A stretch of 55,161 nt of DNA, counting the filler, from Sphacelaria rigidula (taxonomy: Eukaryota), in NCBI GenBank assembly GCA_964200075.2. It is 6 parts of 6 records of this genome, joined end to end, with 100 filler letters (N's around TTAATTAATTAA, not from the genome) between each part and the next. Parts side by side here need not be neighbours in the genome. Positions count along the whole stretch, not along the records: positions 36,843 to 45,952 come from CAXNAA020009279.1; positions 46,053 to 55,161 come from CAXNAA020009280.1; 4 more parts are not named here. One strand, written 5' to 3'. The position numbers and the translations under genes are program-made. Under the pieces are notes generated by a model. It was not told the origin of the DNA and ran no database searches. It saw nothing but the letters and a program-made list of their open reading frames with translations. Positions 36,843 through 50,400 of this stretch are shown piece after piece. The first letter of the stretch is position 1; each line of letters begins with the position of its first letter.

Positions 36843-39553
36843 GGGAGGGGGGGGGGGGGGTTACCAGATCGTCGAAGTACGCTTCCCCGATCCACCGTCC
36901 GCGATTGCAGGAAAATTATCGGTCTGCAACTAACCTAATGGGCGTAAGTGATTCATTTTGGTGGGTCTGATCGATCGGATAGTTTCATACTCTCCCCACG
37001 AATCGCCCTGTTATTTTTATTGCACTACGCAAAGGTAGACATGTCGTGGGTTTCGTGCAGTGGAGAGGGATGAGACACCGGTTGTTTTTGAAGTGTTTCT
37101 TGCAGCTGCTGGTGGAAAAGTATTGTGTACTCATTTGTTGCTTGCCCTGGTCGTTCGACCACTGACCACGCATCCCTTTCGAGACGGAGTAAAAGTATTG
37201 TGGTGGAGCAAAAGAAAGGACAGTCATCAGGGTGATCTGACGTCCAGTGCGGCATCAAGCGCGAGGTGTGACGACACTGCTTCGGAAACTATCAAGACTA
37301 AGAAGTTCGTAGGCAAGGGAGCATGTCTGCTTTTATGACAGCAGTATTGGTAACCAGCGTGCATCACTCGTGAAGCACGGAAGCCAGTGCTCCTGTAGAA
37401 GTAGCTCAGTGTTGACGTGGATATATGTGTATATGACTTGGCTCAAAACCGGTCAGATGTCCTCCTGCACTGGTTTGTATACAAACGCGTAACGTTCGCC
37501 AGCTCGTGTAGATAGACGTGCTGCGTCCCTTGAGAACCACCAGTTCGGAACCCAAACTGATCGTGATCAGACAGTTGAATGAGCTGAATGGATTGGAGAG
37601 CACGAAATACAGGGTATGATTCCTTGGTGATTGCGAGCCTGGTCCGGCGAAAATCTTGGGTGCTCCGTCCCGACTTTGTAGGGATACGAGGTCAACGGTC
37701 TTCTTATGACTACGGCATGTAAGATCATGAGTACCCCCCCTCCCGTCCTATCCCTCTTGCTGCACAATAGATTGTACCCTGCGGTAGCTGTCGTCGAAGG
37801 CTTGAATCCCAAACCTGTCACAAACTATGTTTCACTTTTTTTCTCCCCACTCGACCTCCTGTGGGATGTCCTTCTGCAGCGTGCTGTTGGGATTGTTATT
37901 TCACCGCACGATCTATCCAACATAATTTTCCACTCGAGTTTAAAATCCATGTGCGGAGTTTTTCCGTACGTGCCCGATACATATTTGCACATGAAACATA
38001 CCGTTTGGAAGTTGTGTTTCAGGCGGATCGAACCATCGGTCCACTTGTTTATTTTCGTCTCGTGTGTGGAGAAAATCGTGCGTGAGGTATAGATGTCGGT
38101 CAAGATTTTGGATCTCGAGGGAGGGGTCTTGTTTTTTTTTGGCGCCGGAGTCGAACGTATCTCTCTCTTCAAGGAGTAACGTTCTGCCGAAAAAGGAAGT
38201 GTGTCGCCCAAAATTCAGTGAAGAAACGATATGCACCTATTTTTCCTGCTCTAGCTGCGGAGATCATGTTCGATATTGGAACAGCGAAGGTCGAAAAACT
38301 CCTTGGATTCGGGCAAATTGGACGTCCACCCAGGACCATTGAAAAAAAAAGGGAAGTAACTCTGTGGACCGAGAAAAATATATCTGAAATCAGGACCCCT
38401 CACCATTTTTATTTTTCAACGAAACACCTTGGACTCCGTATGCCCCAGTCATTAGAAAAAGATACCATGCACAGAGGGCCTGCTTCTTCGCAGCGCAAGA
38501 GGGGTTACCCATGCGACAAATCGTACGCGCTTTGCTTTTGTATCACCATAAACGTATGTTCGATACGTTGGGCTAAAGTGGGTATCGTACGGAGTTGATT
38601 CGGTTTCGATATGGGTCATTGTTTGGTCTTTTCGGGTCATTTTTTTTTTCGAAAGGGCCGTTGTTCAGACCGTTTCATACGTTTTTGGGGGGGAGGGAAC
38701 GTATTTGTCCGCTTTGGGACACTTGACGCCATCAAATATCTTGGACACTTTGCGCCACCCCACCGAGAGGAGTCTAGCATCACATTCCCGACTCGCTTGC
38801 CTCCGAGGCTTCAAGAGTAGCCTCTGAACTAAAAACAGTTGGGCAAGAAAAAAATGCAGTGTTTGCAGGGGATTTTTCACTGCAATGGCGTTATTCCCTG
38901 TTTGGGACCGAAAGTCGTGTCAAATGTCCTGAAACTGAAAATACGCCCCCCCTCCACCCGCTCCGTCTCGAAAGGTATTCGTGGTCAATGGTCAAACGAC
39001 TAAGGCAAGCAACAAATGAGTACGCCCCCCCCCCCAACACCCCCAACACCCCCAACACCCCACCCCTCCAAAAAAACACAACCGTAAGGAACGGTGTCAT
39101 GGATTTCTGCAATACTTGACTTGAAATCCTCTCGGCTGTGTGCATCGTGTGAACTCTTTTCCATGCGTCAATTCCGAAAATGACGGAGAAAGAACGTTAC
39201 CTCGGGCGATTAGAACTGTGGTGCATGGATCGTAGTAAAGGCTCGTCAATATTCAATTGTGGACCTCTTACCTCCCCCTCCCCGCGACGGGGTAAGGTAT
39301 AAGGTATACAGATGGGGAACCAAAGCAGGGTTCAATTGACAGTCTCGTGGAGGCAAAAGATTGATGAATTCATAGTGAAGTTTGTACGAGAAGTCAACGC
39401 TTTGATGTGTATCGCAAAATATTGTGTCGAGCTATTTGCCCTTTACTGTTTCTGTAAAAAAGAAGAACGACTAGATTTTTTATCACCTACTCCCCTCCCA
39501 CTCCTCCTTCCCTCCTCATACCGGTCGTGTTTTCCCCCGACCTCGTGGTGCAG

Positions 39554-42400
39554 ATGAAGATTTTGACAACGGCAGTCTTTTCGATGTTGATCATGCAAAA
39601 GAGATTCCATGCACGCAAATGGCGGGCGCTGGTACTCTTGGTCCTGGGAGTTACGCTGGTTTCCAACGGCTCGAACGTGGCGAGCAGCGAAGACGGGGAG
39701 GAAAAGAAGGATCTCAACAGCAAGTACATGTTGGGAGTGGCGGCGGTGGTGACGGAGGTGAGCCGATAACAAGCGTTGAACGTTCCACATGCGCGGACAG
39801 TAGTGAACTGGTCCTGTTTTTTCAGTGTGAACAAGTTCGAGTGGGTACGGTTTGTTGCCCCGAATCGCGCGCTTGCCCCTCACATTGGATCTGGCCGTGC
39901 CGCTGAGCATATTACTCGCTGGTCCACAGAACGAGTCACGCATCCCGGTCGACCGTGTTCTAAACAAGTCTGAGGACCCACCAAAAACCGTTCAACGAAC
40001 GCAGATGGAATAAGGGTGGGGACCAGAACGCTCAATCGAAATCGATCCATATCTCAAGTAGTCGACGGCCCGTACGGTACCATCGCGGGCGGGCTTTTGT
40101 TCCGAAGCCGAGATGCAGGGGCGTCGCGAAGAGCACAATGTAGCGCGTGGAAAAGTGTAGCTATGTTTTGAGCTCTGGCAATACTCAATATCTCATGTCG
40201 GGAGGGTTGTGGATTTCATTTTGCTACTGCCGAATTTCGGAAAATTACTGTACCCTTTCTATCCACGATGTTTGAGGCCTGCGACAACGTTGGATAAAAA
40301 TCAGGAGGGGGACTGTGTGGGAGTTTCAGGTGATTCCAGCAAAGGCTGTCGCTGACGGTGCCAAGGAAAGCAGGAACAAGGAAATAGTGGAGACGTGGGT
40401 GACACCGCGCCGAGCGGTATTCTCGGAGAAACAAAGAAGGACGAATTGTGTGCTACCTTCTGCTGTTTTGCGCGGTTGTGCAGGTGACCCTCTCCGGCTT
40501 CGTCAGCGTGTTCTTCGAGAAAGTGCTCAAGTCCAGAGTGGTGAACCTTTCCGTGTGGGACAGGAACTACCAGGTACTGACTGCGATGCGTCACCCGCTC
40601 CTTGGCTTGTTCCGTGCGGACTCGTGGTGAAAAACCTGTTGCGCGTTGTGTTCGTGTGTCATGATACGTACTCAATTTTCTGGAGCCGTTGGAACTGTTC
40701 AGCAGAGTCGAGGAACGCTTCACCGGCCGTCTAGCTTCACCGGCCTTGCAAAAGGTCGCCAATGATATTGTCGGAGTTCTCACCTTGCCTCTGTCTTTGG
40801 TATCTTGGGATCTTGAAAACGCCATGTGCCGTCACCCGCCTTCGGAACGTCTCGTCCACCGTGAAAGACGCGCGCCTTGGAAGAAGAACTTGAACCATAC
40901 CTGTCCCCCTACCCATCTCCTCGCCCTTTTGTCAATCTCGATGCCGCTCTACCGTCCTCTTCAGCTGGCTATGTACTCGATCGCGCTTTACCTGCCGATG
41001 GCTATCATGGAAGATGGCCCCATATTAAAGGGGTGGTCAGTTTACACGGTCATGCTGTCGTTCCTGGGCAGTGCGGGTGGTCTGCTCGTGGCCTTCACCA
41101 TGAAGTATACTGACGCTGTGCTGAAGACATTTGCCACTTCTGGAGCCATTATCGTGTGCACTATCGCTGGTTACTTCTTGATGAATGCGCCGTTGGACAT
41201 TCCGATCATGATTGGATCGGTGTGCACCGTACTGTCGTTGTACAACTACAGCGACAATGGAGATCCCGTGAAGGCCGACGCTGGTGAGAAATCTGCGGCT
41301 GCATTTTTGCTGTTGCCTTGTTCCAGTCGTAACTGTCGACTACTCCCCATTCTCGGGGCGAGTCAGTAGCCTCAGGAGATTGATCCAACGGCACACGCAT
41401 GCGTTGCAATTTGGTTTCCGCGGATTCGATGGGAATTCCCGCACCGCCTCGATGATTGCCAATTATTTTTCGCCTGCTCTTCGCTACTCACGTCCCCCAT
41501 GCTTCCATTCAGCACCGGGAATCATACCACGTGTCAGTAATATACCAGCTGTCTGGTAGGATTCGAAGCCCTGATCGTCTACCCCCATCGCCCCCAAGAT
41601 TTGCAGTAGTAGCCGCGCGGCGCAGCATTGCAAGAGAGCCCCTTGGTTACGTAGGCTCTTCGATAGCACACATCCACGTGCGTGGCGGAACAAGACGGAG
41701 GAAACAGCGTATATTCAGCTATTTATCAACGTATGTCTGCCTAAGAAAATGCAATCAGACGCGCTCCTCCGTAAACGTGATGTCTTCGTTACTTTGCTTG
41801 TTCACGCAAACAAAGATCAGCGCATTTGAGTTATGCTTACCGTCGAACACACACACACATACATCGAGCTACACCAGAGTACTATGTTCCCAAAATGAAC
41901 TCGACTCTGGCGCAAGCTACAGTCACGTCCTACTTTTCAAGTACCATGTTCTTGGATGTAGTGAGGAAGACGTGACGGGTTTGTCGTCGTACAGAGTGAT
42001 CGTCTCACGGGGTACCAAGAAAGGCTATCAAATTGCGTGATGATGTTGGACACCCGTGGTAAATGTTGTGAACGGGACCGGGATCGCAGAACCCCGAGAA
42101 CCTCGGGAACGTGCTCTCCACGTCTGAATCACACCCAAAAAAATGAAATTCGTACGTAGTACTGTTCGGCCATTGCTGATAACGCCCGATAAACTCGGCA
42201 AAACGATCGGATCCGACACAGATCAAAAGGGAGGAGGAGCGGGAGCGGCGAGTAAAGAGGTGGGCGCGAAATCGCGGCCGTCCTCTCACGACGTGGAATT
42301 GGCGCGTTCAGGAGGGAAGGGGGGCATGGATGAAGCAACGCAAGGATTATTGTCTCACACGTATTCATCGAGTCAGCATTCTCCATCCTCGGCTGTTTAG
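39554..42400 (+). CDS. Nucleotide-sugar transporter, SLC35A (UDP-Gal/UDP-GlcNAc/CMP-Sia) family, 5'-partial
   Basis: Exons 39554-39757 (MKILTTAVFSMLIM..KWRALVLLVLGVTLV), 40484-40573 (LSGFVSVFFEKVLK..SVWDRNYQ), 40965-41283 (GGLLVAFTMKYTDAVLKTFATSGAI) and a probable last exon 42222-42400 (phase 1 compatible, hydrophilic tail). The last exon is less certain because the third exon can also read through to a stop at 41369. N-terminal exons are not in the contig. Confidence 0.9.
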
Positions 42401-42465
42401 ACAGGAAATCAGTTACGAGCAAAGGAGGTGCACACGAGACCTCTTGCTGTTTCTGAGGCACGTAC

Positions 42466-42738
42466 TTGGACACTATGCTACCGGTAGGCTTGTTCTCAAA
42501 TTTGACCCGACCAACCCTGAGTCGGAGTGTCTCACACCCGGGCCACCGGGTCGTGTACTGTAGGTAGGTGGGTAGGTAGGCCCTAGGCATGTAGAGTCCA
42601 CAGATTTGGATACTGTGCTACCGGTAGGCTTGTTCTCGAAGTTGACCCCTCTAACCTTGAGTCAGAGTGCCTCACACCAGGTCCACCGGGTCGTGTACTG
42701 TAGGTAAGTGGGTAGGTAAGCCCTAGCCATGTATAGTT
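42466..42738 (+). repeat. Tandem duplication, 2 x 140 bp, just downstream of the transporter stop
   Basis: ttgga.act.tgctaccggtaggcttgttctc at 42466 and 42606. Each unit ends in a gtaggtag-type microsatellite. Confidence 0.88.
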
Positions 42739-44097
42739 GGTTAATGTGTTTTTATATTTACTTGTTTTTCTCTTGACGAGAGAAGGAGAGAGGGTGCCGC
42801 AATCCATGCAGGCATGGTGTGCTCCACGCGCATTTTTTTCGTTTCTTTTATTTGTGTATTCCGTCCTTTAATGTTTGTTCCATTCTCGCGGTAGTACACT
42901 GTAGGAGGCGCTCCGGGGTAGCTGCGAAAGGGGGCTATGTTGTTACTCCTTTGGTCCACCCCTTCGTGTTGTTACCGTGTACGAAATCATGATCTCTGTG
43001 CCTGTTCTGCGATGCGCACGGACGCGCGCGCCTTCCGCGATGGGCGGGAGGATCGTGTACGAGTATCCGCATGCAGTCGCGCGATGCGTTTGCCAAGTAC
43101 GCGAGCTCGATTCGTCGCTCCCCAATTTGTGACGATGGAGTCAAGACATTTTTTTTCGGTAGTTTGTGGGAAAGCCGAAGCACGTGGAAAGTGGGTGACT
43201 AATGATGCGTCACGACTGTCATGTGTTGTTGTGATGTAGTCTACGTGTACTCACTCACTGAGAGGGTCAATGAGAGCATGCATCAGGGGCACCGCATGTT
43301 GCAGTGTGCCCGCGCACTCCAGGCCGTGTGCGCGTTGAGTTGATCTTTGAGGGGAGTCGGTAAAGAGCGGAGAAGCTTGCAACTATCGTCAAAAAAAAAA
43401 AACTCCATTCGAAACACCATTATCCGCCGAACTGCCGCGTTTATGCGCGATCTGAGCTTTTCTACGACGGGTATAAGGGAAACCGTCCGGAGGGTTTGTG
43501 GGTCTTTGGTGCGTATCATCAACATAAATTCTACACCAAAACCCTACGTCACCGAAATACGACGGTTTTGGGATATAATTCAATACCACGGAAACCGCTT
43601 TCAAATCTGTGTCTCCCGTTAGGTTCCCAAGGTGATGGCGGTTACGACAATTTTAGGCATGCAAAGAGTGGATGAGTTTTGGATGAGAAATTAGTGTTTC
43701 TTATTTCGGAACAACTTGAAAGCCGCTGATTCGTCGAGACATCTTTTCGCCAATAGCTACACCGTTATGACCTTCAACAAGACTCGGCTACGTCACCCTC
43801 TTCAGTTGTCCATGGCGGTCGAGCATCATACCATGTGTGCGTGCGACTATTGGACAAACCTGTACACTCACCAATCGGAATCGCCTCGCGACCAGAAATT
43901 AGTGAAGCAGAGGATATGTGTGTTCGTGAAAACTAGATATTGAGGTCATGTATGCTACTGTCCCCGTGCAAGAGCAAATCGGGCCATGTCTGAAAACGAA
44001 CAATAATTGTGTAAATGGAACCTTGCCGTTCGTGTGCCCTGTGGGCTCTCCTCACGTCCTCCTTTGGCTAGCTAGATGCTCGTCATGTAAACATTCA

Positions 44098-44396
44098 ACA
44101 CGGAATCTTACAAACTGGGGATGAGAAACCCGGAGGAATAAAATCTTATTATCCACACCAAATCGTCGAAATATGGTTCCATTTCTTCACCGACAACTGC
44201 AACACGCCATGAAAAATTGGATTCTGATCACCGAAATGTTGGGGTTTTAGGTGAAAAAACAGTTTCGGAACCATTTTGGCGTCCGTTCGGACACCCAGTA
44301 GGTGAAGAAATAGAACCATATTTCGAAGATTTGGTGTAGATACGAAGATTTCAATTCTCCAGGTTTCTCATCCCCAATTTGAGTAAGATCCCGTGT
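44098..44396. mobile_element. Fold-back MITE, copy 2 (internally deleted)
   Basis: acacggaatcttacaaact...gtaagatcccgtgt, same family as 22814-23226. Confidence 0.85.
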
Positions 44397-44610
44397 TATT
44401 CGCAGACTACACCCATGCATTTGTGATTCATTTGATTCATCGGGTGTTGCAAAGCGGCATTTGTATGATTGATGGATTTCTCACATTATTAGCTGTGATT
44501 GCAGCAATCCAGCCCGTGGTCAGGAGCAGCAAAAAAAACAGAGTAAGACAGAAGCAACAGCCACAGGAAGGAAAGAAGAAAGGAAGCAACGACAAAACAA
44601 CAAACAACAA

Positions 44611-45055
44611 ACACGGGATCTCACCAATTGGGGATGGATCTTTTATTGGGGATGAGAAACCAAGAGATTTAAAATCTTCGTATCCATACCAAATCTTCGA
44701 AGCATGCCTCCATTTCTTCACTTGCTGCTAGCTATTGACAACTGCTACACGCCTTAGGAATTTTGATTTCGATCACCGGAATGCTGGGGTTCTAGGTGAA
44801 AAACAATTTCGGAACCATTTTGGCGTCCGTTCGGACACCCGGACTTCCCCGGAATTGGTTTTGCACCTAGGACCCCAACATTTCGGTGATCGCGAAATCA
44901 AAATTCCTATGACGTGTAGCAGTTGTCAATAGCTGTCAGTAGGTGAAGAAACGGAACCATATTTCGAAGATGTGGTGTGGATACGAAGATTTTAATTCTC
45001 CGGGTTCCTCATCCCCAACAAAAAATCCATCCCCAATTTGAGTGAGATCCCGTGA
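44611..45055. mobile_element. Fold-back MITE, copy 3 (longest, almost fully palindromic)
   Basis: acacgggatctcac...gtgagatcccgtg, with arms pairing inward to ctaggtgaaaaacaatt / aattggttttgcacctag. Confidence 0.9.
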
Positions 45056-45059
45056 TAAT

Positions 45060-45895
45060 CTGTACTTTTCTTCCATACAGCCCTATCAACTATATATAAT
45101 AGCTGGCAATCTCTTTCTCTGCACGTTCTTTACGCTATATTGCCATCGAATTTCCCCATGTCTTTGTTTGTATTAAGTGAGTACATTCCCAACCCTGCTC
45201 TCAAAGCTGTTATACTCGTCGTTTTCGAGCATCCAAGCATTTTTTTTGCTGCTGCCATCTGTACTGTTTCAAACCTCTCCACCAACTTTGCGTTCCCCTC
45301 CCATACTTCTCCTGCATATTCCAGCTTTGGTACGATCACGTTCATCATCAGGATGCATCTCTTAATCCTAGCGTCTAGGTGTGTCTTACCCTCTTGTATT
45401 CCTTTGTTTATGTGTGCATCCCAAGAACAGTTTCTTGAGATCTCTACACCAACCTTGAAGGTATGTATACTGGTTCACCATCGGCAGTTCCTCTTTTCCC
45501 CACTGCCACTTGAACCCCATCTACCGGATTTTTCTTGTCTTCGTTACAGACGAGTATCGCGCATTCGTTGACATTTGCTGTCACTCTCCTTTTCCTAGTG
45601 TATTCTAGTGCCTCGTCTATCTGTTTTTGCAATATTTCTGCTGTTCCTGGAATCCCCACAAAATCATCTCCGAACAGCAAACCTGACATCACATCTTCAC
45701 CCACCTTGACTCCTTGCTTTGCTGCTTCTATTGCTATCATCAAGTCATTAATGAGTACCTTGAATGAAGTGGGTGATAACGCACATCCTTGCGCAACTCC
45801 TTGTGAAATATCGTAATATTTCGATATATATTTCCCCGTCCAGCATCATGATACTTTTGACACATTATTGTATCTTCTTCACCATTCTCTACATC
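45060..45895 (-). mobile_element. LINE reverse transcriptase fragment, core and C-terminal subdomains
   Basis: QGVAQGCALSPTSFKVLINDL...SGLLFGDDFVG (YADD-equivalent)...VIVPKLEYAGEVW, frameshifted. Confidence 0.92.
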
Positions 45896-45952
45896 TTAAG
45901 GGTGAGGGGGGTGGGGGGGGGCTCGTTTTTTGCTTTTCTTTGCCGTTTGACC

Positions 45953-46052
45953 NNNNNNNNNNNNNNNNNNNNNNNNNNNNNNNNNNNNNNNNNNNNTTAA
46001 TTAATTAANNNNNNNNNNNNNNNNNNNNNNNNNNNNNNNNNNNNNNNNNNNN
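45953..46052. other. Artificial contig linker
   Basis: Same 100-bp structure. Confidence 0.97.
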
Positions 46053-46059
46053 CAAGTAG

Positions 46060-47400
46060 TACTGCCAGTACAGGAATACTGGCGGTAGATACTGGTCCAG
46101 GACCCAACCCTATGGTACAGTCTTGCTCGATTCTTCTTGCGAACAAGCTCCGCGGTCCGGACTGTGATCTCGTGAGCAAAGTTTTGCTGCTCAGCATCCT
46201 TGACCCGTTCGAACGCCTTGTCCATCACCTTCAGCGCCGTCTTGGGGTTTGCTCACAGGTTATTCCATGTTATTTGTCGGAGATCCCACGCCGTTTGGAG
46301 GCGATAGTAAGCTTGAATCCTTTCACCGGAACCTCTAGTTGGGGTTTTCTAGGGGCATGGAGGGAGTGTCTCCGCGGTCGTCTGTCGCTGGGCGCTGGCG
46401 AAGGTAAATGTCCTGTGGTTGATGTCCATTGCTGCGGGGCAATTGGTGTCACTCGGGAGCTTCGCGACAAAAACCTGTGAGACAGTCGTTCTCCAGCGTC
46501 GGTCAGACGTGAGGGCTTTGCGGTCAAACCACAGTTCCCTATCCCCGCCTTGCGGTTTCAGTTGGTGGTTGGGAGCGTTCCGTCCGAGGAGACGGATGGC
46601 GGCTGAGACCAGACGATGGTCCGATTTCATCTTGAGGTGCATGGTGACACCTCGGACGAGCCTGTCATTTTGCTGACGTACTGGGATGTTGTCCAGGCGC
46701 CAGTGGTGTTTAACCGGCCGCATACGTGTATACAGTCGAGCTTCCCCCACGAGTTAGCGTCCGAAGAAATGTGTTGGCGATGTCCATTGAATGCTCCGCA
46801 GCGCATTTCAGTAGACATCTACCGTGATCATTCCGAGTGTCTCTGTCATACTTGCCAAAATACCCGAATGTCACCCATGCCTCCTCCTTCTCTCTTTTCG
46901 GTACGAGCATTGGCATCCGTCATGAGTAATCAACGCTCGTTGGTGGGCACTCCTGCGATGTAACTACTGGGGGCTTCACAGAACGTTTTGTTTTTAGAGC
47001 CTTGGGCTGTCTCAGTAGGGGGATACCCAAGGATGCAGATTGTTACAGCTAATCGTATGTCGGGGTTTCCGGCACTCATGTGTTTGGGGGTGATGTCCTC
47101 TGTGCCCAGTGTGCTGGCGATAGATTCCTTGATGGCAAGCCCGACTGCGAGCACCCCCTGTGTACCTCCGTCTCCATAGCAGCGGAAGCCGCAGTAAACG
47201 ATATATCCTGCTGCTGGTGCATGGAAGGTTGTTCGAACATCGCGATTGGGTTCTCGCAGAGTGACAAAATCACAGTTGTATTTAGATGTAAAACACAGCA
47301 GGTCGTCTGCATGGCCTGTGCCGTTGAAACCTCTTTCAGCCATGGTGCGTACATTCTAAGTGGCCACTACCACCTCTTTCGATCGAGACTCCGCCCTTGC
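46060..47400 (-). mobile_element. LINE (RTE-like) AP-endonuclease domain remnant
   Basis: VVAT*NVRTM, VGLAIKES, DANART, NDHGRCLL..DIANTF, WRLDNI..SDHRLV: the APE motif series with frameshifts. Confidence 0.88.
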
Positions 47401-50400
47401 GATAGTAAGAATGGCGCGAGCCTGAGCCTCGGCTATTCCCCATAGTAGTCGTTCCCTTCATTTATTTCTCCGTTTCGCCATGTCTGCTTCTGTTGGTGTT
47501 CGATCCAGCATATGTAGGCTACTCTCTGTTTCCACGCACTGCTTTATCTAGGTAGGTCCTTGCCCCTTCGTCCCTGCGCGGTGGTGAGCGGGCCCCACGC
47601 ACGTCGACCTCCACCAAGTCGACATTTATGCTTACACGCACGCCGCTGTCTGCTCTCAGAGCTACGGTGACAAAGCGAGTGTGATCGTTGGCAGTCACAA
47701 CAAATACGTATGTGGAAGCGGAATTCGTATGTGTATCAGTGAAACGGATCTGATACTTGCGACAAATGTGGAAGCGGAATCTCAGCTCGATACGATAGTG
47801 AACAATTACACCCAACGTATGCCCCCGCGTTGGCAAAACATCATGGGAAGGTGGCCTATCCAACTGTGAGCAGGCCTGTCCGGCGGCTCTACATTGTATT
47901 TCCTATGTCTGTCTTAGGAACATTCCACAACAGGAAGGTGCTTACGTTGACACGGGATCGTTACAATCGTCAAATGGGATATTATTGCCCATCTACCGGT
48001 AACCCGCGCATGCATACATGCTCAAACTCGGAACGACTGTTCAACGTTCATCTGCTGAGGTATTGACGATTTGTTTTGGTTCCATGTTCCATAAGGCTGG
48101 AAGCACATCATTTTTCGAACAAAAATGTGCATAATCCTGATGAAATACCCGCACGGCGGTCACGGGTGAACATACCTTATGTCGACTAGTTGGAATCACG
48201 GCATACCTGTCGGAAAGAAAACGTTCGTTTCCACTACAACACTGCTTCGAGCAAAAAATAATATATGTTTTGTGGTGAGACCCGGCATAACGTCCACATC
48301 ATTCATTTTCCCCGACAATTCAAATCATGAATGTCGTGTCTACATCGGGTACTACGAGCGACATCGATTCCACCTAACACCTCGACTCAATTATTTCTGA
48401 TGAGACAGAGCCTCAACTAGGCTTCTACTTATCATGCTCATATATTACAAGGTCTGTGTGCATTTGACTCACGACTATTTCCAAGATAAACGAATTTTTC
48501 AGACCCCGCACTAGCATAGCAAAGTAAGTAGATGGTTATTCGACAGGTAGCCCGCGATGTAATTTCGTCCGCGCAGAGTTCGCTACAGGCTTGGGCTCCT
48601 CGGAAACATGTCGGAACTCAATGGACAACGGATCAAACGTTAATGCCCATTTTCCAAACTCCAAAGGGTGCTTCGGATAACGGATCGTAATGAAGGGGCG
48701 TAAATGACCCGATCGCAGGTACTATTCCAGCTGACGAGAAGAATGATACCGTGAAAAAATAACAGACACAAAATATGTTTCTCGTATATACCCTGTAACC
48801 CCCAGGCCCCCCGTCCGTTCTCACTTCCCTCATATCCAAGCTCCACCCATGAGCGTGCGATAAAGGTACGGACACATGAGGGCTGATTTTGAGGATGCGC
48901 AGGTGTCATTGGTACACTGTGTAGCTGTACCTGCTCCTTTGTGTCCCGCCGAGTATGTGTTTTTTCAGGTCGAGTTCTGCTCCGTTATGCCGCATCGTCT
49001 ACAAGCTCATGTGATCTCGAATCCTTTTCTCGGGGTGGATTTCGGAGATCTTTTTTCTGAGCTCTTTGTCGACCCTTACCATGTACAACTCGCGTCTTGT
49101 TGCCTGGCATGTCATGAACAAATTGCCTGCAACCGATTCTCACGGCTTACTGTTGTCGCTTGGGTGCGGGTTGTGTCGCGCGAGATCTCCTCAGCGTGCA
49201 GCCAAGCTGCATGGGGTCTCCGCATCGATTGTATAGTAGTATTCTGCACATAACTTGTATGCGAGAAGGCATCAGTCCACGACCGACCGACGACTATGTT
49301 GGTCCTTGGCACAGTCACCGTGCGTTCGTCCATCGCAACGTTTTTTCAATAACGTCAATGCCCCGTCGCTCGTTTCCGCCCGTCGCCGCTAATTCTGTGC
49401 AGCGCAGGTACGACAGACAAACGCGGCGACTTCGGCGATCATGGAACATGTTCTCGCCGACTAGTGGTACATATCGCTGGTGCAGGACGACCATGGAGAC
49501 AACGCTGGGACATCATTTGACAAGCTGACGAAGGCGTTTCACGCGGTAAGAGATCCTTGATGCTTCAATTAAGCTTGTTCGGAGGGTATCTCGTGTGGCC
49601 CGTATCTGAGCCATAATTGTTCTATCGATGAGTGGTGGAAGACACGATTTTCGACCTCATGCGTCGTGGGTGTCAGCTGCTTGGACAGTACATGTAGTTG
49701 GAACAACCAAAACAATGCATTTCCCCGTTGGTACGTTTGGATTAGTACCACTGTACCCTGTGTGGCCGCTCCGAGTTTGTTCCTTGTTGTCTGATGCATC
49801 GAAAAATGTTGAATGTTCTCGAGCTGTTACATCTGCATCGTCGCCAACTGCGCCATGTACCAGTACCGTGGACTGCCGGGGTGCACATCGTGGATACTCT
49901 ACGCTGTGTGTTGAGCTCAAATCGATCACCTCACGAGGGAAAATGCCCCCACTAAGGGTTCTACCGTACGATGACAAACCACCGCGACTTCGTTCCGTTG
50001 TGGTTTACAGTGTGCATATCATGCATATCAACTTGGGCTGACACGGTGTGCTATGGCCAGTACTTTCGTAGAGCGACACCACTGTATCACCGTTCAACCA
50101 CAGGTTGCCTTTTCGAATAACATCGGCCTCGACAAAATACGGGCTCCCAAACTGAAAACAGGAGGTATTCTCGGGGTCTGTCCAAGGGTCTTTGTCAAAA
50201 ATATATTTCGGGGCACGTAGGCCTCAAGATCGAAAATTCGAGTTTTTGAGGCAGGAAGGGGGGGGGGGGGACACCACCCAGCCTGCTGTCCCCTAGCCTA
50301 TTGAGGAGGCGCTGGCGGATGCAGTCAGCTGCCGTGTACAGATACTCTTGGTATGGAGACCGCCGAGATGACGTACAAACCGCCCCTGCAAGCTCATCAC

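Noticed and set aside
33040..42400. DUF1995-transporter fusion gene or gene cluster with the desaturase
   Set aside because: The genes lie on different contigs separated by artificial linkers.
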